64,000 nt of DNA, taken from NCBI RefSeq assembly GCF_009834535.1, contig NC_045696.1:67272001-67336000 (forward strand). The letters are read 5' to 3'. Of the stretch, positions 12,955-26,959 are shown piece after piece (positions within the stretch are counted from its first letter, which is position 1; each line of letters begins with the position of its first letter). The DNA comes from Camelus ferus. Lineage: Eukaryota. The notes beneath the pieces were generated by a model. That model saw nothing but the letters and a program-made list of their open reading frames with translations, was not told the origin of the DNA and did no database searches. Position numbers and translations under genes: made by a program.

Positions 12955-13850
12955 ATTCATCAAGCATCCAGCATAAGTTACTCAGTCAATGTTAAGGAAG
13001 TGAAAGAAAACAGAACTATTTCAGACTTGTGACAGAGAAACAAGTCAAGTGTAGTTCCCAACCCTTAAGGAGTTTAGAATGTGTTGGGAGATAGACTCAA
13101 ACAGCCACAACTAGAATATAATTTAAACATTATAATTGACACAAGTACACAGCTCTTTGATTGCTCAGAGGTTATGCTGGGACGTAGGATCAAAGAAGGC
13201 TTTACAGAGTAGGAGATGTTTGAACTGGGCCGTGAAACATGCGTAGGATTTCCCCAGATGGCAAGAGTCAGGGAGAAGGGCATTCTAAGCAGAGGAAATA
13301 ACAAGTGCAGTGACAAAGAGGGGTGGACAAATGTGACAATGGAGGGGGGGAGGTTCGATTCATCTGGAAAGGCTAAAATAGCATTTTCCAGAAGATGCTC
13401 TGGGAAAAAAATGTTCTATGGCCAATACATTTGGGAGATGCATCCTATATTCCCATTTAGAAATTTTAAATACATGTTTGCCTATCAAAGTCTCCAAGAA
13501 ATAAGTTAGGAGGTTACATAGACGGTCCAAGGAAATATGGTGGAAGACCTGAAGGAGGGCAGTGGACATGAGTACAGAAGGGCATGTGTGTGAGAGACTC
13601 AGAGACACACAATCAGGATGCAATGCCCAAGAGGAATGGATTTTAAAGGACCAGGTTTTAGCTTGTTGGACTGAATGGATAGCAATGCAGTTTGAGAAGA
13701 GACCTGTGTGAGGAAGATAACACAGGTTTTGCTTCGGTCATGTTGAATGTGAGCTGACTCTGGGAAAATCATGTGAAGTTATCAACAGATAGCTGACAGT
13801 ACAGGGGTAGGTTCCAGAAGTGAGGGTGTAGTTCAAGACGATGCTGGCCA
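12955..13850 (-). mobile_element. Degenerate L2 LINE fragments
   Basis: aaagaaggctttacagagtaggagatgtttgaactgggcc...ggcattctaagcagagg; ttcggtcatgttgaatgtgag. Confidence 0.7.
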
Positions 13851-15089
13851 ACTATTATAGAAAAGATTAAGCACTAGGACAGGGCACTGGATCAGATGAA
13901 CTCCAAGGACCCTTTTGGCCCAGAGCTAGTATGATTCTATGGCCGGAGGGCCCCACGCTGAGGAGCGTAGACAGTCCGATCTCTGCCTGTTGATCCCGTG
14001 CGAGCACATGAGTTCTTGCAGCTGTCATGGGAGTGATGACCACAGATGAGTTTGCCACCTGCACAACCATCCCAGGGAACGGAAGTGGTTTTTAAAGAAA
14101 TGTCTTTCACTAGTAAAACTTTGCAATGATTCTGTAAAATGGCTCCATTTCTTCTGTCCTAGCCTCACTGGGAGGAACAATGGAAATACAGGATCTTCAA
14201 GAGGCATCGTGGAAACAGTTTTCCTCGCAGTGCACTTCATTGACCCTTCCTAGGCGTCTGTGCAGCCTGGGAGAGCTGAGACAGCACCGGGCTGAAAGGC
14301 AGGTAGCCGTGGTCCCAGTCCTGACTGTATTTTATGTCATTAAATCACTTCGTGTCCTTCAGAAAATTACCTACTTTCCATGTGTCACTATGCCTCTATT
14401 CATACATCTGTGAAATCCATTAAAATAATGATACCTGCACTTCTTATTCCCAAAGTTGCCAGGAGGGTTCAATGAGATGAGTTTGTTTGGGGAGAGATAA
14501 CATTAACTATGAAGATCACCTATTCTGAATATGCATCTTAAGCTGTTGGCTTCAAGGCACCCTGGACACTGAATCATGGAACAGACTTGTTTTACAGATA
14601 GGAAACCAAGTCCCAAGGAGGGGAGGTGATTTACCCAAGGTCAGACAGGTAAGCAGAGCAGTGTCAGCAGACAGATACACGCACTTCATTCCAAGCATCA
14701 CTGGCTTCCAGAGACCAAAAAGGCTCGGACCATGGCTGGAAAGAAATTACAGGCTTGGGGAAGAAAAATGGCTGAGTAGCCAACATATAGTATTCAGAAC
14801 ACCTCTCAGCAAAGCAAGGCTGCTCAAGTAAGAGTGACCAGCTCAAACTCTGCCCCACATTTCTACAAAGTGAGCGATCTTCCTTTATTTGTGTCAAACT
14901 ACATTGGCCACAATTGAGTCACCCTGACCCCTCAGCTCAATGATTTCAACATACACTAACACATTCTATGATGGTGAGCATTTTTATATTGATCTCCTCA
15001 CTGACTAGATTAGAACTTCAGACATACGAACTTCACCCTCTCTTGCAGATCCTCTCCTCTCTAACCCCAGAGGGAATGTTCTAGGTAGG

Positions 15090-16146
15090 GAGCAATGAGC
15101 TATTTTTACTCACAACACTCTGATACCAAATATATGTGGGAGGGTTTCACACACCAACCAATTCTCCAGCTATCTAACAGTCACGACTCAGAGTTAGGGC
15201 AGACCCCACAGTTTAGGAGCTCATTTCCACAAGACTGTCCCCACTTCAGATGCCAGTCTTACCACGTATACTTCTGATCAAACTGTTAGAAATTCACGGG
15301 GTGCCCACAGCCTTCTCCTCACATTTGATAATTTGTCACAATAACTCACAGGACACCGGAAAACACTACTTACTATCATGGATTTATTATAAAGGATACA
15401 GGTCAGGAAAAACCAGATGGAAGAGATGCATAGGATAACTTATGGGGGGAGGAGTATGGGACTTTTATGCCTGTGGCTGTGCCACCCTCCCAGGAGCTCG
15501 ATGTGTCCATTAGCCTGGAAGCTCACCAAACCCTATTGTTTAGGGGCTTTTACAGAGATTTCCTTATATTAGCATGGTTGATTAAATCAATGGCCATTGG
15601 TTTTTGTTTTTTTTTTAACTGAAGCATAGTCAGTTTACAATGTTGTGTCAATTTCTGGTATACAGCGTAAGAGTTGAGTCATGCATATACATATGTATAT
15701 TCCTTTTCATATTCTTTTTCATTATAGGTTACAAGATATTGAATATAGGTCCCTGTGCTCTACAGTAGAAACTTGTTGTTTATCTTTTCTACACACAGTA
15801 GTCAGTATCTGCAAATCTTGAACTCCCAACTTATTCAAGCTTCAGCCCCTCTTCCCTCTCCTGAGGTTGGGAGATAGGTCTGAAAGTTCCAACCCTCTAA
15901 TCAAATCTTGATCTCCCTGGCAACCAGCCCTCATCCTGAAGCTCTCTGGGAACCCCCATTCACTAGTCTAACTCATTACAAAGAAGAAACATTGCTATCA
16001 CCCAGGAGATTCCAAGGAAGCAGAGTGTCAGAAGGTCAAGATGCTCGTATCACTTCTATTACTCAAGAAATTACAAGGGTTTTAGGAGCTCTATGCCAAG
16101 AACCAGGGACAAAAATCCAATAGTGTATATTTCTTATTATGCCACA
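15090..16146 (-). mobile_element. MER21-type solo LTR, interrupted by an L1
   Basis: Reverse complement begins tgtggcataataagaaatata...gagctcctaaaaccctt; contains caagactgtccccacttcagatgccagtc and ctgaaagttccaaccctctaatca; left boundary approximate. Confidence 0.85.
15601..15835 (-). mobile_element. Camelid-type L1 3' end nested in MER21
   Basis: poly-T, tagtcagtttacaatgttgtgtcaatttctgg...atctgcaaatcttgaactccc. Confidence 0.9.
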
Positions 16147-17539
16147 GGGGCCAAAGTTTATTTAAGCAAGTGTCTCCTAACTGATCTTCCTGGATCTTGC
16201 TTTTCTTTCATCTTTTTTTTCCCCCAGAGTTGGCATTGTTATCTTCCCATAGTATCACTGTTTCTCCCCCTCCCCATCTCCACAGCATATGGGACAAGAC
16301 CCAAAGCTGCATCTTGGCATTAAAACTCCTTTTGGATCTGGCTCTACTCTGCCTTTCAACCTTTATTTCTTAAACCCCCCTGAGTACACCACATGCCAAG
16401 CTAAACCTGGACTCACTGCTGAATCCTGAGTACACGCGGGTCTTTTTTCACACTCATCTGTCACCCTGGTAGACCATTCACCAAGGTCCACCTCTGTTTC
16501 CTCTGTACCCTCATAGTCTCATGTTTTTCCTTTTTTCAGCACACATTTTCTTTCATAATATCATATTATGGGATGTATACTCATCCCACTTCCTCATTAG
16601 ATGGTCCTCGTGTCCATCCCCCATGGCACTTAGCTTAGTGCCTGAAAACCAAGTCTCAGCCGGAAAATAACGTATTATTTCAGGAAAGAAAGATACAGAC
16701 ACTACACCAGAACTGAAGAACACCATACTTTAAAAAAAAAAAAATCAAAAATACAAAGAAAACAAAAAAACACCAAGGAAACAAAAAAACACTGTTGGCT
16801 GAAGATGAAAGCATTTCCATGCTGCTTCAAATGAGGGTTGAGTAGCTGGTTCTCCAGACAAGCACTTGGAGAAGCTGTTTTACCTGTTCCCCCTCTTGCC
16901 TGCTCAGTTGCCTAGGGTGCTTTGAAGTCTGTAAAATGGCCAAAGCCTCCAATCAGGGCAGCGCTTCCTCTCCAGACAGGAAGACGGCTGCTTCGTGGAG
17001 CAGCCACGCTTGTTTTTGCGGTCTGGGCTGCAGCAGTGACTCATTCAGCAAAGCCAGAGGCTGTCTATTTTGATCTTTCTATGTTCAGAGTCTATTTATG
17101 CTTGCAATTTTCTTTCTTTCTCTTTCTCCCTCTCCGCCTCTGGTGACATCTGAACGGTCACACACATTTGACAAGCAGAACCTGTGTAAGGAGAGCGTGA
17201 GCACAATTGCACAGACTTTCAGCTAAAGCCCGGGACCAAACGCTTGTGTTTACAGCCCTGATGATAGGGTTCCGGTAATGACTTGGCCTTTTTCTCCTTG
17301 ATTGAATATTCCCCTGGGCCTGGCAGTCTGGCCTCCTGTTATTTAATGAGGACATTGGAGCACAACCTCAAGATGTCTGCAAAAATGACCTTTTCTTTGG
17401 GCTCATTCCAAATGCAAAGAAAAGTAGAGCCCCAGTTAGACGGGGCGCTTCTGGAATACAGCTTTGGAATCCACTCTTTCCCCCAGAAGCTCGGAAGCCT
17501 GGAATCACACACTATCAGGAGCCAGAGAGAACCATAGAG

Positions 17540-17680
17540 ATGATCTGGTTACCAGCTCTCATTCTGCAGATGAAGAAATCCAGGACCAGAGGGAAAAAGC
17601 AAGTCACCATAAATCACAGGGCAGACACGGTCACAACAAACTCAGGCTGGGAACCTAAGTCCCTAAGTAGTAGTCAGTAT
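17540..17680 (-). mobile_element. MIR fragment
   Basis: ctcattctgcagatgaagaaatccagga. Confidence 0.6.
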
Positions 17681-18597
17681 ACTTTTGAATGCTTCGAGAT
17701 GGAAATTAACAGCTGGCCAAATGGTGGCTTAAAGAAAGGAAAAGCTTCTCTTAACCTCCCCTGTGGTATACCGTGCCAGCCTTATGCTCTCCTTTTAGCT
17801 TTGCCCATGAGGTGGGACTAGTGGTGCAGGCAAAGGAATTAGTCTCTAACTGTAAGCTCAGTGGCTCACTGATAGCTTTAAAAGCCGATATAGGATTAGC
17901 ACAAAAGTCAATGGCATGGAGTCTTACCTAGGACAATCTCGGAGGTCCCAGTCTGGCCTCGTTCACTCTACATCTGCATGTTGGCTTCACCTGCAAAATG
18001 GAGAATTAGTTTACTGACTGTGAGCATTCTTATAAAGTTTAAATGAGAAAATAAGGTCAGAAAGTTCTTGGTGATGTAGAGCTCTGTTCTACTCGTAAGA
18101 AGGATTATTATGTTGTTAGACTCCTACGTGTGAGGGTCTTCTTTTCTTCAACATGATGATTTCATATTCTCCTGTTCATAGAGACCACTTAATTCTAAAT
18201 GAGAGATTTTAAACATTATTTTTGGCTAACAAATTTTTTCACATGCTCATTGTAGACTATTTGGAAATCCAGAAATGTATTTTTAAAAAAGAAAATGAAC
18301 TGTATCTCATTACCCAGCTATAACCATATGCTTATACAAGAACCAAATTACTATAATTTTTCCTTTTGTGTGAGCTTTTTCTCCCAGGTCATTAAATATT
18401 TTATTTTATGTGTGTGTATGTGTGTGTGCGCATATACATTATATATCTGCATACTATTCCAACATCAGAATGCATCAGAATATATTTAAGTGATAATTAT
18501 TTTTTTAATATTTAAGTAGTTTATTAGTGATTTCTTTAACATGAGTTTAAAGATTGAATGTAGCTCAAGTTAGAATTTCTCTGAACCTTCCTAGAAA

Positions 18598-18732
18598 CAG
18601 GGTAACTATATGTTCTCTGGTCCAAAACAAGGCACGTTTTTTGAGTAGAAAGTCATACTATTGATCATTATGCTGTGACAAGAAGCATAAATCTGAGCTG
18701 CTCTGGGCAAACTGGGACATGTGACCACTCTA
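18598..18732 (+). mobile_element. MER94-like hAT-Blackjack MITE
   Basis: 135 bp; ends cagggtaactata...gggcaaactgggacatgtgaccactcta match the tagggtgacc/ggtcacccta TIR pattern. Confidence 0.75.
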
Positions 18733-20029
18733 TCTACAGTTATAAAACATTGTAGAAACATCACCGACCACAGGCAATACTGCATAAGGTAAAAAAATAC
18801 ACAATCCAGAACCAGAGTATTTGGGTCAAAGATCAGGATCCATCATTGTTAGCAAAAATCACAGAATGGCATTGAACCTCATCTTTAAAATGCAGGCTAT
18901 TACCTTCGCGTCAGATTTACCTGTGTTTAAGTGCAAATGTAAATGAAAGCCTGTTGTAGCTGAAATAAGCCCAACTGTTGGGAAGACTTTTTTTTTTAAT
19001 GGTGTTAGAGCTGGGTTCTCTTCACATCAGCGTTCTTCATGGGGAGCCCTCAGCAATTCACATTCTGCCTGCATATGCAAATGGTTCCTCTGACAGGAGA
19101 TCGGATAGTAAACCACTGACCCACACAAGGAGAATCTACACGTGCCCCTAGAAGGACCTCATTATGTTCCACGTAAAATAATAACTAGTGCTTTACAGCT
19201 GTCCTTTGGCTTTATTGACTGCTGGTTAAAATAGGCTACGGTTTGGAAATTGTTTGACCACGTCAGTCCTTCATCCTCTGATGATATTTGGGTCACTGGG
19301 ATTATACCTAAATAGTCTGTTCCAGTCACCTGTTAAGAAAGAAAACACCAAGAACAGAAGTTTAACTTTTCCAAGTATTATATATAAGTTAATTCCCAGT
19401 TTCCTAATGAGGATCAATGCTTGAATTCTCTGCAGCCTCATAGTCTGCCTCAGGCAGGAAAGAAACGGTGGGTCCCCAAAACAGTCAAAAGGTTATCTTC
19501 TAGTTGGGTTCTTCTCTCTATGAATTAGGAGAAAGAAGCTAAGAGGCTTATGACTCTATGAACTAAGGCACCCAATTTCTGCATATAGCTCATGATCACC
19601 TGGTTGGGATGTTCTACACCACACAGAGCTGACCTTGCAGTGAGGACTTGCTAACTGCATCGTGAATACACCTGTCCTTGCCATAACCATCACAGTAATC
19701 ATGTATCAGTTCAATATTCAGTTGAAAAGTTTCATTATCATTTTTATAAAGAGTGCCTTAGTAATAATCTTTGATTTATCAGCCTCTTGAGATGTGTACA
19801 TTTTTCTTTTCTTCACAGTGCCTCATACAATGCCTTTTATAGAAATAAGTGTTTGATCAATACCTGTGAAATGAACAAAACAATACCCACCCCCTTTCCA
19901 CCGCGTACTTGAAACAATCAGACCTTTACAGTAACCCAAACTCTTCCACATTCTCCTTCACCTGTGCGTTAGTGACAAGAGCAATAAATCCAGAATTACA
20001 ATAACTGCTGTTTAAATGAGAGTGAAGCT

Positions 20030-20770
20030 ACAACTTTTCCCTACAGATGAACTTCAATTAATCAACAGAAGGAATAAGAAAAATAGAAAATGGCCAGAAT
20101 ACCACAATAATTGTGGCAGTAAGCAAGATCCAGCAAGAGATGCTAAAATTAGTTGGGAAAAGTTTAAATAGAAACAGGATATTTATATCTTCTTAAAGCA
20201 TGTCCTTTCAAATTATTTAATAATTACAGAGGAGAAAACAGTAAATTTAGAGTGGAGAGACCCAGCAGATGCCATCTTTATCAAGTGATCAAGGTTAGTG
20301 TTACCAATCGTATCTATCATCATAACCTGATGTGCCCTGAGAAGGACACAGCACCTCAGCACGGCCCTTCCCAATACCTTCAATCCAATCACAAGAAACA
20401 ACAGACTTGCCAAAACTGAAGGTCATTCTACAAAATAACTCATTGGTGCTCTTCAAAAGTGTTAAGATCGCGAAAGACCAGGCACTACTGTGAGGAACTC
20501 TTCCAGGTGGCAAAGATGAAGGAGCCATGGCAGTGACAGTGCTGTGGGAATCACACACGCTCCAGGAGAGACCCACGAAGGTGAGCCAGTATCAGGACTC
20601 TGGCTCTGGCAAAGTGAGTTCATGGGGAATGTGTGACTCTGGAGAATTTCCTCTCTCTCTCTCTCTCTCTCTGATTTGTGATCACGCACAATGTATTTTA
20701 AAACTGTTAGGGTATTTTTATTACCCACCCCTCAAAACAGCTCGATGATATGTCTTTGCAGATTTTTAAG
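20030..20770 (+). mobile_element. Old L1 3'UTR (L1MC4-like) with an internal (CT)n at ~20651-20672
   Basis: gatgctaaaattagt...agtggagagacccagcaga...aagtgatcaaggtta...cattctacaaaataact...ctcttcaaaagtgt. Confidence 0.75.
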
Positions 20771-21959
20771 TCACAAAGAGAAATCGGAACCACCATAGCC
20801 CATCTCTGGGGTGTGTGGTTGGAGGAGGGAAAGAGAAAACGAAGGAGCAGTGGAGCACAACATTTTCACAGATGTCAGCTGACCATACGGGGCAGGCTGC
20901 CCGTTCTCACCTTCCTGAGAAGCTGAGACTGAAGAATTCCAACTCTCTCTAACCCATAAGGAAACAGCCATCTTTCTGCTCTAAGCGTTTCATTGCATCC
21001 ATTCTTATTTCTTGTCCATAGCATCTGGTCATCGAGGTTCTGCTCAAAGGCTACCTCTCTCATGAGTTTTCATCCCTGATTCTCCAAAGCAGGTATGGTT
21101 TGTTTTTTCTGACTCTCTACGTTACTCTGAAAAGAACTAAGACCTTTACCTGGGGTTATAGCCACATGTGTCCACCTTGTATCTCCATTTTTGGCTTTGA
21201 GGGCAAAGATTGTATCATGTTCCTGCCAAGATTTCCTATGGTGCCTCCAAAGCAAAGGTGAGACTTTCTAAACCGGGTGGAGAGGCCAAGTCCTGGTTCA
21301 GATTAACCACTAACTTGGCACATTAGTAACAGTACATACTGTTACAGGTACGAGTTTAGCATTGGTAAATACCATCTGTTTATTCACATGCGTAATTGTC
21401 TAGATGATTTCTAAGATTCTTCCAGTTCTGCTCTTCTGAATACTGGGACCCTGACGTCTGGGATAGCAGGCATCGGGGTAATGGTCTGGTGCTGCCAACA
21501 CCTTCCTGGCTACTGAAAACAGCTTCCCACAGATACCACAATCTCCCTTGTGGCTGAGACTCCCACGTTCCTTCTCGCCACCTTGGAGCTGTATCAGAAA
21601 GATTAAAAGCAAGGACCTTCTCTCAGGGATGTCCCAGGCCCTAAGACCACCACTGAGCGAGCAGTAGCAGACTGCCTGTGAACCAACAGCATGAAATCTC
21701 TGAGTGTCTTCTCCTCCAGGTCATCTTCAGGGAGGATGTTTGCTGCCTCAAAGGGAAGATGCAGCTTTATTCTAAGTAACAGCAGTCACAAGCTCTGCGT
21801 TTATATGATGCTCCATGGGATGTTCCTGCTGGATTAGAGTACAGTAACATATTTCCTCTTTCTGGTCTTCAAGTTACCAATCGTTTCACAATGGAAACCA
21901 TATGAAGAAGAGCTGGTCTTCTTTCTTCACAGCATTAGGTAGAAATCAAACAAGACGTA

Positions 21960-22190
21960 ACTAGCAACTGCTTACAAAGTGCCCATCACCAGCCAGTTAC
22001 CGAGGACTTCACATGTGTCATTTAATCCTTCTAATGTCCCTGTAAATTTGGTATTACAGTTCCCACTTGAACAGTGAGGAAATCTATGCTCAGGAAAGTC
22101 AAGCAAGTTGTACAAGGTCACAAATCTGGGAAATAACTGGAATGGGATTCAGACACATAATTCTGCCCCACAAACCCCTGCTCTCAACTA
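21960..22190 (-). mobile_element. MIR SINE
   Basis: catttaatcctt...agtgaggaaatctatgctcagg...caaggtcaca..gggattc. Confidence 0.7.
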
Positions 22191-23289
22191 CTCGCTTCTC
22201 ATGTACAAATGCTTTCAAATCAGAAAGCAGCACACCCATGAAGGAATTGTCACTTCATCCTCACCACACATCAGAAGATGATAAGGCAGATATTTTTATT
22301 CCCACTTGATAAATAAACAGAGATCAGACTTATTTTTGGCCAGCTAGTAAATGGCAAAACCCTGGAGCCAAACTCGTTGTCTGGTTCCATGACCAGATTC
22401 CCTCAACTAAAGAAAGAGGCATAACCTTCAGTTTCTGTCTGAAAGTAGAATGGTGTATGTTTGTTAATACTAGAAGAAGGTCACGCCACCTTACAAGAGT
22501 GTGGCTGCCTCCTTCGTGTGTCTTCTGAGTCAAATTGACTTATTTCATCTGTAACTAGGAGTTTGCCTGATGTCAGCACCTCATAGTCCAGAATGGACTT
22601 TTCTGTCTCATGCATCATCCCCTAAACCTAAATTGCCAGCAAAGTCCTGCTTCCAGAGTTTTTATTATCTATAATGATGCTCTGAACTGAGAGAAAGAGC
22701 CGAGCTCTGTTCCAGGCATCAGCAGTGCCTGTCAGGCTGGGAGGGAGAACTCCACCTTGCACTCGGTCAGGGAAGTTAATCCAACATGAGACCCTGAAGA
22801 TGGAACATCACGAGGGTGAGTTTCTGCAGAAGCATTTTGCTGATCATTTAAGGCATTTTAAAAATAAAGCAAAATAGAACAACAACAAAAAACAACCCAG
22901 AAGCTCCATTTTCTGAGCAATGACATCTCTCACTGAAAAATATTTTTTAAGTCTGCCATGAAGAATCCTGCAAAAGAAGAGGATGGTCTTCTCTGAGATC
23001 AGAGGCCCTAGAACTGCCAGAATCCTAATGCGGCGCTGGAAGGTGCTACTTTCCTTTGTGCCTCGTGATTAAGAAGACACATGAATAGGGAGACCAAAGG
23101 AGGATTAGGTGAGAGAGAAGTTGTTTACATGAAGCTGTGACTTTTCATTTCTTTGCCAATCCCCCACCTCTGTGGACCTTCAAGAGCAGAAGGAGGGGGA
23201 GGAATTAATCGACTATAAACAAACAACCCTGAAAAAGATCATATGGTCTGGCAGGCCCAGGGCTCAACGAATAATAAGCCCCTTCATTC

Positions 23290-23490
23290 ATGCAGCGCTT
23301 TATTTATAGTTCACAGTACACTTCCGGTGAGACCACTTCTCGATTCTCAAAAATAGCAAGGGAAGTCAACGGGGATTAACCCCATTTCACATCTGAGAAA
23401 ACTAAAACCCAGAGAAGGAGAGAAACTCGGCCAAGGTTACACAGCTAGTTCGTAGCAGAGCAAGAATTTGAACCAACTTTCTCTGTCCCT
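23290..23490 (-). mobile_element. MIR SINE
   Basis: cccatttcacatctgagaaaactaaaacccagaga...ccaaggttacacagctagt. Confidence 0.8.
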
Positions 23491-26400
23491 AGAATATAGG
23501 TCCCCCACCTCATTGTGCAACATGATTATCATAAAATAAATGTTGAAAACAATAATACCTATTGTTGGAGCATCAGCACACTTTTTATGCAGTTGCACGG
23601 AAGTTAATTAAATGAATAGAATCCATTTTTACCATCTAAGATCAGAAAAGAGAAAGTATAAGCCAACATTTAGTGCAGGTGATAAAAGATCACCTACTAA
23701 ACTGAATCAAAGTGAGTCCCTCAGGATCTCATTGCAGAATCTATTGTTGCTTTGGTAGAAAGTCTATTTAACTTTAAGGCTAATAAAATACATGCGGTGA
23801 ATGTGAAAATACTTCAGTAGGTGGTTTCATGGAGGAAGAAACAAGGATCACTATTTTTAGCCCTGACTATGAAATAACAAATATTTATTTCAGATGAGTA
23901 TTTCCCTCATATGTAAAATGGGGAGGACCTTGCCTCCCACTACTAGATATATTTATTAGAGCATTAAATAAGTTAATAAAGACCACTTATATGGCTTGTC
24001 TCTATTTTTGGATAAAGCCCTTTGGTCTAAAAAACTTGTAAGAGTTATGTATCTATGAAGTAAGTAAAAGAGGAAGTCTTCAGTTGCAGGGAGGAGGTGG
24101 CTGGGGTTGTACAAGAGCAATCCAATACCTCCTGGTCATCCCGTGTCCAGCCTCCTCCTGCCAGAGTCCATGCAGGGGACCGCTGCTTATTCGTTGTACA
24201 GGAGTGCACCCTCCACCCACGTGAGCTCCCATGGCATTGCATCTGCCTCGCTTCTAAGCTACCATGTTTTATTGTCATGAGGAATTTTCCTGCCTGACTC
24301 CCCACCACCAGACAAAGCAATCCCTGAGGACAGGTCCTGTGTTTTATTTTATGTCCCCACGCTGTCTCTGACACTCTGGAATTCATTAGTTTACATATTT
24401 TGAGGAAACATATGAATTAGTGACAGAACCTCAATTTCCTTGTTTGTGAAAAAACCAAAAGGACAGATAATGTCTTAAATTCTTTAAGGAGGCAATACTC
24501 TTGAAAAATCTGATCTGACCAATACAGTTAAGTAAAGATAACGTTCTGTTGCATTAGTCGAACGTATCTCAAAGCCTCCACCGTCCCAGGGTCACATCTC
24601 TATTTTGCAAATGGAGGAGACACCAGCTTTGATGGGCCTGCCAAGTCCAGCAAGTCAGGGTCTGGGCAAGATGGACCCAAGAGAAGAGTTCCCAGGCATA
24701 TTCTCAATCCTAAGGAGAATGGCTGCTGTCAAGTTCATCAGCCAAATCCTCCTGATTACCAGAGGTCAAGAGCACAGGCAGCAAACCATTTTTCTGCTGG
24801 CTCTGGCCAAGGAAAGTCTTGATAGAGTGCCAGGAAATACAATGAATGTTTCACCTTACAAATGCTGAGGAGACAACATGTTCCTTTTAGCATTAATTGC
24901 TTAATTCAAAAGAAGCCATTTAGCATCTGAGTCTGGTCTTTTTCCTTGATGAGCAATTTCAGGCTGCCTCCCAAAGCTTTTGTTTGTTGGGAGGAGAGAG
25001 GAAGAGAAAGCATTTTGTTAAGGCATTTTAATTTTCATATTTAATGAAACAGATTGGGTAGCAGGTTCCTTTGATTTTATTTTTTTGCTCCCTGAATACC
25101 TTCTTGTGTATTACATATTCTGCTGGCGCTTCCTGTGAGAACTTCTCGACATTTCACAAGTTAACGCTGTCAGATGTTGCCCACTGAATCCAATACATTC
25201 CTTGAGCCAGTATTCAGTTGTTATTATTATTGTACCAGACCAATCATAAATCTCAAAGCTAGAGAAAGGGAACACGTACTGATGTTTTCCCATATTATCT
25301 TGAGCACATAAAATTATATAACTTTCCGAAGCCCTCTTTTGATTGCCGCATCTGAAATGCTTTGCATTCTTTACAGGATAATTTCTTTAAAGGGGTTATT
25401 TCTCCTGAGTAAAAGAGGATTAATCAAGCCATCAGAAATTTCATTTGTTTTAATTAATTAACAAAAATGTAGAGAAAAACACCACTGGATTGGAGTCAAG
25501 AGGCAAGCCTGTTCATTTTGACGATTATTTATTACAGTGTTTTCTCTCTCTTCCTCGCTGATAAAAGGAGGGCAGAGACTTTGTCTTGTTCATATTCAAA
25601 ACAAACCAAGAACAGTCCCTGGCCCACAACAGGGGCTCAGTCGGTATTTGTGGAATAAATGAATAAGATAATTCAATAATTTGACTTGGTTTTTCTGAGC
25701 CTCAATTTCCTTGTTTGTGAAAAAACCAAAAGGACTGATAATGCCTGAGTTTTCCAGCTCCCATAGTTATTATAAGGATCAGAGGAGACAAATGATGGCT
25801 TTGTGGAACTGTTGAGTTATGCACATAATTAAAGGAGTAGCTTTTACTAGTAACAGCAGCAGGTCTGCTGCTAATCAGCCCGTGTGACCTTGGCCAAAAC
25901 ACTGTCAGTTCTCCAGGCTTTTGTTTCCTCACCTACAAACAGACAGGTTTGGACTAGATCCCTAAATTTCTTTCCAGCCCAAACTAAGATCTCTAAACCA
26001 GTCAACAAATACTTATTCAGTACCCACTTTATGCAAAATATTCTTCTAGGAAAAACACTAAGGAATAATGGAAGAGATTGCTAAGAAAAACAAAAACAAT
26101 AACTTTTCTAAAATGCTTCTTTCCCTTTTTTTGTTTTTTTTTTATTTTGTTGTTTTGTTTTTTGAAATATAAACGCAGGCAATTAAGGGAAAAGCATGGG
26201 AAGATTTGAAAACCAGATTTCACAAGAAAAAAGTCATTTGGGGAATCAAAAATTGAGTTAGCTGCTGGTATGCATCTTGTGGAGCTCATTCTGACCTTCC
26301 AAACTGCTTGTGCAAGAAACTTGGATTTGATATTTGGTGTTGGCTTTGACCATCTACCTAATGAGAAATATCCTTACAAAGAGCAAAAGAATGCTGCATA

Positions 26401-26959
26401 ACAATGTTCAGGAAAATGTAAGATTTGGGGAGCTGGGGAGCAGCATAAACATGCTATTGTGATTTATACAAGCTACTTCCTTTGAGTGTGTAGACCACTC
26501 AAGGCAATTCCAGGCACAGAGAGAATAGGCATCTTCACAAGCTCTCAGAGGAATTCATCAACTGGAGAAGTCAGGAAATCTCCTCCAGAATTCAGCTGAG
26601 CTGTGAAGGAACCAACCATCAACAAATGTACGTGTTATATAGACAGTAGGTAGTAGATTCTACAGGGAATTAAACTGTAAGACCACCAGTATATACACAA
26701 AATACCCTCCTATTTGTAGGATTACTCATGATATAAGGTGAAATATCTTTCCAGCATAACATAAATTAAATACCTTTAATTCTCAAATGTACTCATCTTA
26801 ACTCACCATTTTACCTATACAAGCCAAAAAACACAAAAGCTTTTCTTGATCTCTACTCCCTCACCTTCTATGCCCAATGAGTTATCAAATCTTACTGTTG
26901 TAAATCATCTTCAGGAAGCCCAAATAAGGCCATGGGAAGACCTCCAGGCGGAGGAGTAC

